Shown: positions 23,130-34,448, counted from the whole stretch's first letter. The stretch: 61,892 nt of DNA, filler included, from Stramenopiles sp. TOSAG23-2 (GCA_900128395.1; 14 parts of 14 records of this genome joined end to end with filler, not necessarily neighbours in it), one strand, 5' to 3'. A program made the numbers and translations. The notes: generated by a model from the letters alone, not told the origin.

Positions 23130-24833
23130 ATGAAACGAAAACTACACCACATATCAGCAACAACAATCAAAAAAATATTAACATATTTACTCCCATCTCT
23201 CTTTTTCATAATTACAATAAATGCTAATAATAATAATAATAATAATAATGACATTCAATCATTATTCAACTTATTCGATACAAACGGTGATGGAAAATTC
23301 ACACCGATAGAATTCAACAATCATTTTGCAGAATATACAACACGGCAATCACTAGGAGCTGCAAATGATGTAATCAACATTTTAGATATAGATCAGGATG
23401 GTGCGTTAAGAGTTAATGACATGAAAAAATCATTAACAACATTTAATAATAATAGTTATAATAATAATAATAACAATCATCCACAAATTGAACAAATAAA
23501 AGTTTCACTTACAGGTCTTCCAACTGAAATGTATCTAAATTTTGTCATTAAAAATATTAAACAACCAATTGAAAATATTATCGTCCAAGTAGAAATGGCA
23601 GATAATACATGGGTATCATACAATACAACATATGAAACATATACAGTACCATCTAGATGGTGGGAACCACATGGTTGGATTGGATATGTATATACAGCAA
23701 ATACAATTGTTAATTTAATACCAGGGAATAAATATAATTATCGTATTATTAGTAATAATAATAATAATAAGAAAATAATAAATAATAGAACAAATTTGTC
23801 ATTTCAAGTTCCATCACATCGTAATAATAATAACAACAATATACAAACAAATATTGCACTTTGGGGTGATATGGGAACGTATGCACCACTTGGATTTAAA
23901 GTATTTGAAAAAATATATAATGATTATATTTCTTCATCGTCCACCAAGTTCAATATAACTATTTTATTTGGGGATATTAGTTATGCAGGATTAGATACAA
24001 ATGTTCAATTTTTAAATGTAACCAAAGCAGATGAATGGGAATATGTATGGGATATTTTTGGAAATCAAATTGAACCGTTGTCATCTAAAATTCCATTCAT
24101 GGTTGGTGTTGGAAACCACGATATGTTTTACCAAGCTGCTGCATTTCAAACACGATTTAAAATGCCATATGAATATTCATCTGGTACAGGTAATTTTTGG
24201 TATTCATATGATATTGGTATGGCACATATTATTTCTGCATCTTCAGAACATGATTACAATTCCACTAGTCCACAAATGAAATGGTTAATTGATGATTTAA
24301 AAATGGCAAATAAAAATCGTATAAATATACCATGGATTATATTTACAATACATCGTCCAATTTATTGTAGCGAAGCTGGTGCATATAATAGTCATCGTCC
24401 TGGTTGTAAAATTCAACGTGCATTTGAACCATTGTTAATTAAATATAAAGTTGATTTAGTTACTGTCGGACATGAACATTGTTATGAACGAATTCATCCA
24501 GTTATTAATGGAACGGTTGTTACGTTTCCAACAAAATTAAGGAATGGTAAAGATTTATATGAAAATCCAAAAGCACCATTGCATATAGTTGTTGGAACTG
24601 CTGGTGCATTTCAACATGAAAAATGGGTTGATCCGATACCTCCATGGTCAGCACGACGTTTTGCCAATGGTAATTGTAGTACAGATAATAATAAGAATAC
24701 TTGTACAAAATATACAGACACATTCGGATATGGACATTTAAAAATAGAAAATTCAACATATTTGGAATTTGAATTTGTTCCAATTACAGGAAACATTCAT
24801 GAATCATTTATTATCGTGAAAGGGGGTACGTAG
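23130..24833 (+). CDS. Secreted purple acid phosphatase with an N-terminal EF-hand pair
   Basis: Signal peptide; EF loops DTNGDGKFTPIEF and DIDQDGALRVND; PAP metal motifs GDMG, GDISY, GNHD, IHRP, GHEH. Confidence 0.9.
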   Translation: MKRKLHHISATTIKKILTYLLPSLFFIITINANNNNNNNNDIQSLFNLFDTNGDGKFTPIEFNNHFAEYTTRQSLGAANDVINILDIDQDGALRVNDMKKSLTTFNNNSYNNNNNNHPQIEQIKVSLTGLPTEMYLNFVIKNIKQPIENIIVQVEMADNTWVSYNTTYETYTVPSRWWEPHGWIGYVYTANTIVNLIPGNKYNYRIISNNNNNKKIINNRTNLSFQVPSHRNNNNNNIQTNIALWGDMGTYAPLGFKVFEKIYNDYISSSSTKFNITILFGDISYAGLDTNVQFLNVTKADEWEYVWDIFGNQIEPLSSKIPFMVGVGNHDMFYQAAAFQTRFKMPYEYSSGTGNFWYSYDIGMAHIISASSEHDYNSTSPQMKWLIDDLKMANKNRINIPWIIFTIHRPIYCSEAGAYNSHRPGCKIQRAFEPLLIKYKVDLVTVGHEHCYERIHPVINGTVVTFPTKLRNGKDLYENPKAPLHIVVGTAGAFQHEKWVDPIPPWSARRFANGNCSTDNNKNTCTKYTDTFGYGHLKIENSTYLEFEFVPITGNIHESFIIVKGGT

Positions 24834-25104
24834 ATAGATACTGTAGGATAGTATAGAGTACCAACAAATATAAATACACAAAAAAGTTGGCATTATATAT
24901 CTAGAGAGATTGATATATAATGTACGAGACATGTATGCCCACTTTGATTTGATTTTTATAAAATTTTTTTTTTTAATTTTGAATTTTGACTTTTTGAAAA
25001 AATATTTTTAAAATTTTAAATATATAAATATAACATTTAATCTGAGATATACGAGCGTAATTATAATATAAAAATATATAATTCAACACACACAAACAGA
25101 AAGA

Positions 25105-26154
25105 TCATTTCATCGCACCTTCCAATACCCACAGATCATTTAATCGTGTAGGATTATCATCATCCCCACTTAAACCACCAAAGACTACAAGTTTTTCTAC
25201 ATCATCTTCAATAAATGTAGCAGCATCTGTCCATCCACGTTCCATTGGTTTCATTGCATCATCACTTTTTAACTTTCCACCATCAACAATTACATTACCT
25301 GTTTTGCCATTTAATACTTGTACATCGTTACTAAATCCACCTGCTCCTTCATGACCTATTTGTGATGGATCAACTTCTCCACCGAAATAATAAATATTAC
25401 CATTAAGTACACCACCGCAACTGACACTAAATGGTCTTAATTTATTATTGATATTTGTATCGTCTTGACTACAAACTTCATAATACTTTTGTGTTTCAAT
25501 ATCATATCGAAAAACATCATTCATTTCTTTACCAGCAAAACCACCAACAATAAATATCGATTTGGAATCCGATGAATTCACAAATCCAGCACCACCACGA
25601 CCAGGTATACGAGTTTCACATGTTGGCAATTTTGCCCATGATCGTTCCTCAATATCATATGAATATAAATCAGACATTCTACCTTTAGCACCACAACCAC
25701 CAAAGACATATAACGTATTACCAATCGAAAGCATTTTATGAAATGAACGTGGACTTGGCGCTTCACCACTTTTTGGTTTTGATAAATTTTCCCAGGTAAA
25801 TGTATTTAAACAAAATGAATAAAAATCATTTAAAGGTGCTTCCTCCATCGTAACGGATTGTCTACCACCAAAAATATATATTTTACTACCAACAGATACT
25901 TGTGTATGTGCAATTCTTGGTTCTGGAATATCAACTTCCCTATTATTAGACGATAATTCTGCTTCTTTCCATGTCAAGTTAGTATTATTTTTTGATATAT
26001 CTAACATATGAACTTTACTATTAATTGGTGTTCGTGCTAAATTTTCTCCACCAAATACAACTAAAGTATTTTTTCCATTGATATTAACGATAGATACACC
26101 ATGAGATGACCGTGCTAATATATTATTACTTGTAGTTAATTTTCTCCAGAACAT
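25105..26154 (-). CDS. Kelch-repeat beta-propeller, nitrile-specifier-protein-like
   Basis: Six FGG/VGG Kelch blades; ARSSH start, PRSFH, GGEVDPSQIGHEGAG, RGW, FGGLSG...RLNDLW. Confidence 0.8.
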   Translation of the reverse strand: MFWRKLTTSNNILARSSHGVSIVNINGKNTLVVFGGENLARTPINSKVHMLDISKNNTNLTWKEAELSSNNREVDIPEPRIAHTQVSVGSKIYIFGGRQSVTMEEAPLNDFYSFCLNTFTWENLSKPKSGEAPSPRSFHKMLSIGNTLYVFGGCGAKGRMSDLYSYDIEERSWAKLPTCETRIPGRGGAGFVNSSDSKSIFIVGGFAGKEMNDVFRYDIETQKYYEVCSQDDTNINNKLRPFSVSCGGVLNGNIYYFGGEVDPSQIGHEGAGGFSNDVQVLNGKTGNVIVDGGKLKSDDAMKPMERGWTDAATFIEDDVEKLVVFGGLSGDDDNPTRLNDLWVLEGAMK

Positions 26155-26549
26155 TTTTTAGTTTGGTACAAAAATTATTAATAAAATTAGTTAAATTAGA
26201 GTTTTGTAAATAAATAAATAATTATTGGGTGTAGAATAATTGATTCTTTTTCTTTCACCGCAAATATCATATATAGATATATATCAAACAAAACCAAAAA
26301 TATTAAATATGTGATATATATATATATATACGATAAAATATTGTTCCTCTTTGTGTCTACTTTCACAAAATTGTATTTTAGCTTTTTGTATTTTCTATTT
26401 CTCTCCTTCTTAGTTGTGGTAGTATTTCGAACATATATGATGTTCGAATACGGTCTTTTATTAACAACAACTCCTTCAGAGTGCATCATCAAATTTATTA
26501 ATCATAGAACAGATTGTAATACAGGTATCATCGAAGAAAAAAAGAACAG

Positions 26550-26580
<31 letters not shown>

Positions 26581-26977
26581 NNNNNNNNNNNNNNNNNNNN
26601 NNNNNNNNNNNNNNNNNNNNNNNNTTAATTAATTAANNNNNNNNNNNNNNNNNNNNNNNNNNNNNNNNNNNNNNNNNNNNTATAGTCCTTTTCATATACA
26701 CAGTAGATTTGTAGTGTTTGATATATTTGATAGGCTAAATTAGGTATTTTTCTACTTGAGACTATTTATCTCATAACTTAATACTTTTATGCCGAATTTA
26801 TGATGCTTACTGGCTTACTGGCTAACCTGGCTTACCACCACTGGAGCTAGCTGGCCTAGGCTAGCCCGGCTAGCTCCTGGCTCGTACTGGCGCTTATGAA
26901 TAATTATTACTGTACAGTATGAATGATGTGCGAATCTTCTTTTTTTTTTTTTCTTTTTTGCTAGAATTAATCTTATC

Positions 26978-27008
<31 letters not shown>

Positions 27009-27064
27009 GTGTATTATGAAACATAGAAATTATTCACCAAACCATATCCCCGCTTAATGTTACA

Positions 27065-29512
27065 ATGGATATAGAAAGTCAAGGGATTCGTACCGTAAAC
27101 AGCCCCCGTGGAGCTAATAATAGAAATCGAAAAAGGCCAACATTTACTACGATCACGCTCGTTCTGTTTATATTTGCAACAATGTTATTTTACCTCTCTT
27201 CGCTAAATTTGAAAGTTGATACTAATAAAATATCAATAACATATTTCCAGAAAAAACTAAAAGTAGACAAAAGAATAAATGGCAGTAAATATATATTAAA
27301 CTCTACTGATGCAAGAACATCGAATGACGAAAATTTGGAAAGTATGATTTCATATTTGAATGTGAAAAATAGTGAAGCGAAGAAAAAAATTAAACTATTA
27401 ACTCGAAAAAAAAGAGAAAACAAGATTACAATTGCAGCCTTAACAGATAAAATAAAAGTTTTGGAAAATAAGGCTGTTGCGAGGCAACCGGTTGACCCGC
27501 CCCCCCAAATCGTCAATATTCCTGCCTCTACAAAGCCATCAGAACACATGAAAAAAATATTACAGGAAAGTTTTGCACGAATTGGTTGTAAAGGCCAACC
27601 ATTGTCAAAGGAGATGAATGATTATTGGGGTGGGGGAACAAATAATCAAATGATAGAAAAAGATATAGTAGACGACATGCTTTTATATTGTAACTTAGTT
27701 TTTCACAAAAGATATAGTAAACGCCAACTGGATATTTGCGGTCATATTCCAAAAAGATGTACTCCAATTGCTGATTTAGTTCGTGAGGACTCTGTAAATA
27801 GGAAATTGCAACCTTTTGATATGCGTGGTAAATTCGAAGCATTTATAGACATGAAGCTAATTGCAGATATGGATACTGCAAAATTAATTGGAATTAAAGC
27901 AATGCCAAAAGATATTGTATTTCGTGATAATCCAAAATCATCTGGTATACAAAATTATTTCAGTTTTTTACAAGACAATGTAAATAAATCTATCGTCCAT
28001 ATGTACTATCGTTGTGACCCAGAAGGCGAGATGAAAGAAGATGGAAATGACGGCGCTTATTGTTATGGAAAGTCAGAAGATGGTGGACTTACGTTTACAA
28101 AACCGAATATCAATAAGAAAAGGAATGACAATTTAATGTCATTCGGAGATGGTATTCATGCTTTTTCTGCATTTATTGATCCAAGACCAGGTATTCCTAA
28201 AACGGAAAGATATAAGGGCATAGGTGTTTTTGATGAACGTTACAGTAAAGGTGGATGGGTACCATTTATATCGAGTGATGGTATTACGTATTCGGTAGTT
28301 CCAGATAAACACTTGTTTATACGTGAAAAATTCTTGAATGCACATGGTGGACAAAAACGAGGAAAATATAAATATGCCTTCGATTCATTAAATGCAATCA
28401 ATTATGATATAAATCTGAAAAAATTCATTGCCATAGTACGTGTCGTCGAGGATTGGGAACATCGTACCTTTATGGTGCAAGCAAGTGATGATTGGTTGAT
28501 ATGGGACGATATGAAGTGGAAAGTAGCAGAATTGAAGCCACAATACCAAGCGGCGGAAGGTGTATATGTTGCAAATGCAATACAATGTCCAGCAAAAGAG
28601 TGTGATCATTTATATGTTGGAACTGCAACTAGATTCAATGGTAGAATCTTAGGCAAAGGTCCAAATGGATGTATGAAACAATTAAAATATGGTTTAGATT
28701 GCGAAGATGCGGGAAGTGATGCTATATTAATTTTCTCTGATATGGAAGAAAACAAACATATGCCGAGTAAATGGAAGCGCGCAAGTGTTGAACCGCTTGC
28801 CGATTTTGGGTCTATAAACGATCCTTTCAATGATAAATCAAAAAATTTAGGACATTGGCTACCACGTAATACGTATGCTACTCGTGGACTAATAGATAGG
28901 CCAGATCATAATGAAATGTGGTTTTATATGTTGCATGATGCAACATGGCCTAATGCTCATTTACGAAGATACTCTATACCACGTTTTCGCTTTGGTGCTA
29001 TATCATGCACTGCAACAGCTAATTCGAGCCCATGTACAGTAATTTTAAAAACTGTATGGGTTGATATGGATCGTTTGGATCTGTACATAAATGGTAAAGC
29101 AATTGATATTTTTGGATATTTGAATGTAAAATTACAATATGTTGGTAAAAATAATAAATATATGGGAAATCCAATGTATTCCTTTTCAAATTGTATAACA
29201 TTTGTTGGTGATGAAATCGAACGTAGAATCGGGTGGGGAGAAAGGCGATGGAGAATAAGGCACAATCAAGCAGTTATGGTACATACTGGTCCTCGCAAAA
29301 AAATGTATGAAGGGTTTAGAATCGAATCAAACCTTCCATATGCACAAGGTAGGGATAAAGGTTTTGGTTTGAAAAAATTTTTTGAATATGCAAAAATGAA
29401 CAGTAATAAAATTGTAACACGTGTTAGCAAAGAAACTGGAAAAAAACAAGTTGCAATGAGAATATTATTTGAGATGTTAAAGTTTGATATTTATGGATTT
29501 ACATTTAAATAA
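27065..29512 (+). CDS. Type II membrane protein with a putative beta-propeller glycoside-hydrolase-like domain
   Basis: N-terminal TM helix and coiled stalk; Asp-box-like SEDGGLTF and SSDGITY, AFIDPRPG....ERYK, AFDSLN, LRRYS motifs. Confidence 0.55.
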   Translation: MDIESQGIRTVNSPRGANNRNRKRPTFTTITLVLFIFATMLFYLSSLNLKVDTNKISITYFQKKLKVDKRINGSKYILNSTDARTSNDENLESMISYLNVKNSEAKKKIKLLTRKKRENKITIAALTDKIKVLENKAVARQPVDPPPQIVNIPASTKPSEHMKKILQESFARIGCKGQPLSKEMNDYWGGGTNNQMIEKDIVDDMLLYCNLVFHKRYSKRQLDICGHIPKRCTPIADLVREDSVNRKLQPFDMRGKFEAFIDMKLIADMDTAKLIGIKAMPKDIVFRDNPKSSGIQNYFSFLQDNVNKSIVHMYYRCDPEGEMKEDGNDGAYCYGKSEDGGLTFTKPNINKKRNDNLMSFGDGIHAFSAFIDPRPGIPKTERYKGIGVFDERYSKGGWVPFISSDGITYSVVPDKHLFIREKFLNAHGGQKRGKYKYAFDSLNAINYDINLKKFIAIVRVVEDWEHRTFMVQASDDWLIWDDMKWKVAELKPQYQAAEGVYVANAIQCPAKECDHLYVGTATRFNGRILGKGPNGCMKQLKYGLDCEDAGSDAILIFSDMEENKHMPSKWKRASVEPLADFGSINDPFNDKSKNLGHWLPRNTYATRGLIDRPDHNEMWFYMLHDATWPNAHLRRYSIPRFRFGAISCTATANSSPCTVILKTVWVDMDRLDLYINGKAIDIFGYLNVKLQYVGKNNKYMGNPMYSFSNCITFVGDEIERRIGWGERRWRIRHNQAVMVHTGPRKKMYEGFRIESNLPYAQGRDKGFGLKKFFEYAKMNSNKIVTRVSKETGKKQVAMRILFEMLKFDIYGFTFK

Positions 29513-29942
29513 AACATTTATTGATGATCCGTGTGTATATCATGTGTGTGTTGTTCTTTAAAAAATATCTTGTATAATGCACTAATATTTAAATTCGTAA
29601 TTATACTTGTGCGAAGTGAATCATGAATCATGAATGTGTGATCCACACTATTTAATACGAGGATATACTCGATAGGAGGATATACAGTAGATAGCGAGGA
29701 CTCAAGACTCAAGACACAAAAGAAATAGCTTCAGTAATGTGATATACGTGTTTTCTATATTTCGACTCTACAAATTCGTATTTTGTAATATAGACTGAGA
29801 CTACAAGTACAACATTTGTGTGAGTTTCACAATTAGTTAATTAGAACAATGCATTTTTATTCTGGTAAATAATTCTAATTCTCATAGTTACCTGGTATAA
29901 TAATAATGGTAGAGTACTGTAGTGGCAAAACACACATCATGA

Positions 29943-30398
29943 TATCATGATGGGCACTATAATATTATACATGTAGATAGTACAGTATACAGATTCAATG
30001 TAAACGAATTTAAAGATAAAAGATTTCCTAAAGAACTGCAAATCGGTGTTATAGCGCAGGAGGTAAATAATGTCTTTCCACAAGCTATCGAGACTGATGA
30101 GGATGGCTTCTTATATGTTTCCTACATGAAGTTAAATGCTATTTTAATCGAAGCGTTTAGAGGAAATATTTTGGCTTTAAATCGATTACTAGAAAGAAGT
30201 GGTGGAAAAATTGATATAGCGAATGAAACATTATTTCTCTTTGAATTTTATGAATATAATGTAACAGTGATGGACAAGATGGTTGAAAAGTGCAATGGCG
30301 TTTTTCAAAAAGTCTTTGATCCAACTGATAGATATTTTTTAATAGCTCTCATACTTTGGTTAGTTTACTTTTACTATGTAGTGTCAACAAATAAATAA
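29943..30398 (+). pseudogene. Peptidase_S74 (intramolecular chaperone auto-processing) domain C-terminal half plus TM tail; no 5' part found
   Basis: Frame of ORF 30126 is open from 29943: YRFN...FPKELQIGVIAQEVNNVFPQAIETDEDGFLYVSYMKLNAILIEAFR, then hydrophobic tail FLIALILWLVYFYYVV. Confidence 0.7.
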
Positions 30399-31499
30399 GA
30401 GATATTATTTTTATATAATTTTAAAATTATGATGGTTAAAATAATTATAATTTTATATAAACATAGTAAATTATTTAGTACGTACGACTTCGCATTCAAA
30501 AGAGTCTTCCTCTGTCTGTGATTTAGAGTTAGATAGTTATGCACTAATTAAAATAATATATATATATATATATATATATTTATTTATTATACAATATATA
30601 TTAAATATATACGTTCTCGTAATTCTTAAATATTATTATATACCTCGTACGTAAATCATTATCTCACATTTCGAATTTCAGTGAGGTAAACATTAATGTT
30701 GGCTTGCTTAATTTGTTCCTTGGAGAGTAGTTGAATTACTACGTCGAGAGTAGAAAAATAAAAAAATTAAAATACTCTCGTACGACCGTACAATTTATAT
30801 TTAAAAACATTTTGTTTATCATATGATATTAAAACCATTTTATCAACATACAGTAATCATATTATTTTGAAATGCAATATATTATTAATTTCTGATTTTT
30901 TTCATACGATTCGTATGTTGTTCCTCGTTCATTTCATCTGTCCTTGTACGCTTATTATTTCTTTTCATATTATTATTATTATTTACATTATTATTTACAT
31001 TTTTGCTTTTTANNNNNNNNNNNNNNNNNNNNNNNNNNNNNNNNNNNNNNNNNNNNTTAATTAATTAANNNNNNNNNNNNNNNNNNNNNNNNNNNNNNNN
31101 NNNNNNNNNNNNAACTATTGGCTGTTTTTGGATTTTTTGTAATATCCAATATCTCTCTATCAAATATGCATAAATTAGTATACTAAATTAGTACTTAAAT
31201 TAACCCCGGTTTTGAAATCCACTAATCCTTAATATAGCTCGCATTTTTTTACAAGGAAGATATGTATACTGTAGATATTAGAACTACTTATTAATGCCTA
31301 GAGAGGAATGCTGGAATGGAAAAGTAGATATAGTATAGTTCTAGAAAAGACAATAATTATATTTAAAAAGGTAGCTTTGTAGAATTTATGGTAATCGTGT
31401 GTATTTTTTTTGTTTTAAAAAAAATTAAATTACTACGGTTTAGTTAAATTGTTTGTTGTGAAAATAAAATAGTAAGATATATATATATTGACAATTAAA

Positions 31500-31927
31500 A
31501 TGGCGAGGGTAGGAGAGAAATTTGATGATGTAAGGCACGTGCGTCAGCATGATGATAACGATGATATACACTATAGACCGTATGTATACTAATATTTCTA
31601 CATATATACATAATTTTCTATATTAACTAATTTATATTTCTCTAACGATTTCATCATTTATTATTGTATATTTATAGACCTTGGGGGAAAAAACCGTTTC
31701 CATGGAGAACAATATTAGCAGCAGTTGGATTATTTACTTTAGGTACAATTTTATTAGTCCGTGGTGTAAATGAGGTAACATATTATGATGGTGAAAGAGG
31801 TCGTTCTATGATCCTCTTAGGTTCTTTATGTTTTATGCCAGGTAGTTATGCATCATATCTTTTGTATGGTGCATGGAAACGATGGCCCGGATATAAATGG
31901 AGTCATGTTCCTAGTTATGATGATTAA
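31500..31927 (+). CDS. TMEM230: TMEM230/TMEM134 (DUF872) family membrane protein, two exons
   Basis: Exon 1 31500-31579, intron 31580-31677 (GTATGT...CTAAC branch...TAG), in-frame exon 2 PWRTI..A..LF..G...LLG.L.F.PG.Y...GY....PSYDD. Confidence 0.85.
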
Positions 31928-32208
31928 TTGTTGTGTCTTAAAAATGTATAATACAAATAATATGTATATTGCTTGTTTTTTCTTTTCCACACCACCTCTT
32001 ACAACATCAAAAAAATAATTTCATACAAAAAAGATAATAAGACAATATTAATATTATATACAGTAATTACATATATATAATACTGTACAATAATTAATCC
32101 CAGATCCACATAATATATATTATATATACATATATATATACATATATACAATCCACGCACACGACTATTTTATCATCATTGTTGCATTATATCATTTATA
32201 CACATACA

Positions 32209-34278
32209 ATGAAACGTAATGAATTATCCACGTCGATACTTATTATTATCACCATTTTATTATTATCATTATGTGTAACATCATCAACAAACAGTTTTTT
32301 TAAACAACAATATAAAACTTATAATAATAAATTACTACCTCCAGATGATGCAGTTCGTATGAAGTGGATGTACGAGGCAATTCACCGAGCAACAGTAGAG
32401 CTTGATCAAAATAAGTGTGGATCACAAGAAAAGCATCCATGTGGCGGGCGAGATTTTTCAAATGGTGCAGTTGCAGCTTATTTACTTTCAAAGGGTAAAA
32501 ATGCAAGTGGTGCAATACATTGGCTTTCAAAAGTTCAACCTGGTGGTTCTTTCGTCGGGCAAGGTTTTTGCGCATTGGCTCATGAGGCTAATTTCATGAA
32601 TAACTTGAACTCAACACAAAAATCGTATGTATTAAATTCTATTAACAAAGCATTGCCAGGGCTAAGTGCATGGCAAGGTGCAGATGTATCATATTCAAAT
32701 ATGTATATGATGGGAATGGTTAATTGTATCATTTGTGGTGAAGCACCTGGTGTTAACGAAACATTAGGTGCTATGTCAGCACAACATGGATATAAACTTT
32801 TAAACGATTGGTTAATATATGCAAAGACGGCTGGTAATCATGAATACAATAGTCCAACATATTATTGGGTCCAGTTAAATGCTTTGCAATTGGGTTGTAT
32901 GTATTCAAAAGATTTAAGAAAAGGTGGTGGAAAAGAAAAATTATGTCAAATGTTGGATCATATTTGGTCGAATGTAATCGTAAATTATTTCAACCCAACG
33001 GAGACGATGGCAGGGCCACATTCAAGAGATTATGATTTTTTATATGGACATGGTGCTTTACAAGTGCATACATATATCAATGGTTTCGGAACACATTATC
33101 CAATTTGTGAATATCGTGATGCTCATTGTGAACGAACGGATGATGGTCAAAATGCATTGACATTATTAAATGCAGTCAGGGCACGAGATGGAAGTGGCAT
33201 CGGGTATTTGCCTTCATTGAAGATCCGACAATTGTTAGATATTTCTATACGAATTATTGAATCGAAATGGCTTGGACAGAAACGAACTGCAAATAATGAG
33301 TCTGCTGTATTTGGTGATCGTTACAATTACATCGTTTCTGGTAAATATACTATCGGCAGCACTTCTTCTGATTATATTACAAATACACATACAGTTTATT
33401 ATCCACATCCACAAGATAAATTAGTTAGTATGAATTTTGCTTTAACAAATATGTCACAATATCAACCAATGCCATCAATTACAATAGTACCGGATTGGAT
33501 GGATTTGCCATACGGTCATACATATCAAAAAAATATCAATAAACCAAGTCATCTCGCCTCGCATCCAGGCTGTGTACAATATGAAAATATTTTATTAAAT
33601 ACAAATTCAATCAATCCAACAGAGCAATTGGATGGATTTAATCAAACGATTTTTGATAATTTAGCAACAAATATTTTATTACCATTACACAATGTAACCG
33701 AAACCATATTAAATGGAGAAACGATTCAATATCCAATTGATAAAAAGTTTGAAATTCCAGTTCAAATTGACGATACAATTACATTTAGAGTGGAAGATTC
33801 ATGTTTGTCCATTAAAATTTTACATGTAGATACAACTGGTGATTATAATGGAAAAAACGTTTTGAAAGGTGATGCTTATGGCATGGATTTAAATACCATA
33901 CGACTTGCATTTTATCATTATATTGGAAAGAACCGTACATTGGCAGAATCAACCCATGTAAAAACTGCATTTATTTTTTTAATGGATACATGTTCTAATA
34001 GAAACGAAATGATAGAATTAAACAAGGAATTATCAAATGATGCAAAAGTTACAATAGTAACTACGGAAAAAATGGAATGGATTGTTACTTTAAATGTCCG
34101 AGGAAAAGATTTACAAGTTGTTCGTGATATCAGTGAACCACATTGTGAAAGATGGAGTTGTTTGATAAATCGTACGATTAATGGGGTTGTTGTTGAACCT
34201 AAAAGTTTAAGAGTGAATGGTATGGAAATAGGCGTGCTGCCAGAACCATCAAGTGATTTTTATAATTACAGTGTGTAA
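32209..34278 (+). CDS. Secreted protein, possibly heparinase II/III-like polysaccharide lyase fold
   Basis: Signal peptide from ATG 32209; helical N-half with EYNSPTYY and AGPHSRDY, beta-rich C-half; family call is from motif recall only. Confidence 0.5.
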   Translation: MKRNELSTSILIIITILLLSLCVTSSTNSFFKQQYKTYNNKLLPPDDAVRMKWMYEAIHRATVELDQNKCGSQEKHPCGGRDFSNGAVAAYLLSKGKNASGAIHWLSKVQPGGSFVGQGFCALAHEANFMNNLNSTQKSYVLNSINKALPGLSAWQGADVSYSNMYMMGMVNCIICGEAPGVNETLGAMSAQHGYKLLNDWLIYAKTAGNHEYNSPTYYWVQLNALQLGCMYSKDLRKGGGKEKLCQMLDHIWSNVIVNYFNPTETMAGPHSRDYDFLYGHGALQVHTYINGFGTHYPICEYRDAHCERTDDGQNALTLLNAVRARDGSGIGYLPSLKIRQLLDISIRIIESKWLGQKRTANNESAVFGDRYNYIVSGKYTIGSTSSDYITNTHTVYYPHPQDKLVSMNFALTNMSQYQPMPSITIVPDWMDLPYGHTYQKNINKPSHLASHPGCVQYENILLNTNSINPTEQLDGFNQTIFDNLATNILLPLHNVTETILNGETIQYPIDKKFEIPVQIDDTITFRVEDSCLSIKILHVDTTGDYNGKNVLKGDAYGMDLNTIRLAFYHYIGKNRTLAESTHVKTAFIFLMDTCSNRNEMIELNKELSNDAKVTIVTTEKMEWIVTLNVRGKDLQVVRDISEPHCERWSCLINRTINGVVVEPKSLRVNGMEIGVLPEPSSDFYNYSV

Positions 34279-34448
34279 AAAATACTCTCGTACAATATTA
34301 ATAAAGCACAACAAATATTTTTATTTAAAAGTTACGTAATAAAAACTAAAATACAAAAGGTCTCCCGTACAAAAATTTTTTATATTATATTATATATAAT
34401 ATCTCTCTATTCTGCAAACTATTCACCCTCTGCCTCCCCCACCTTTCT

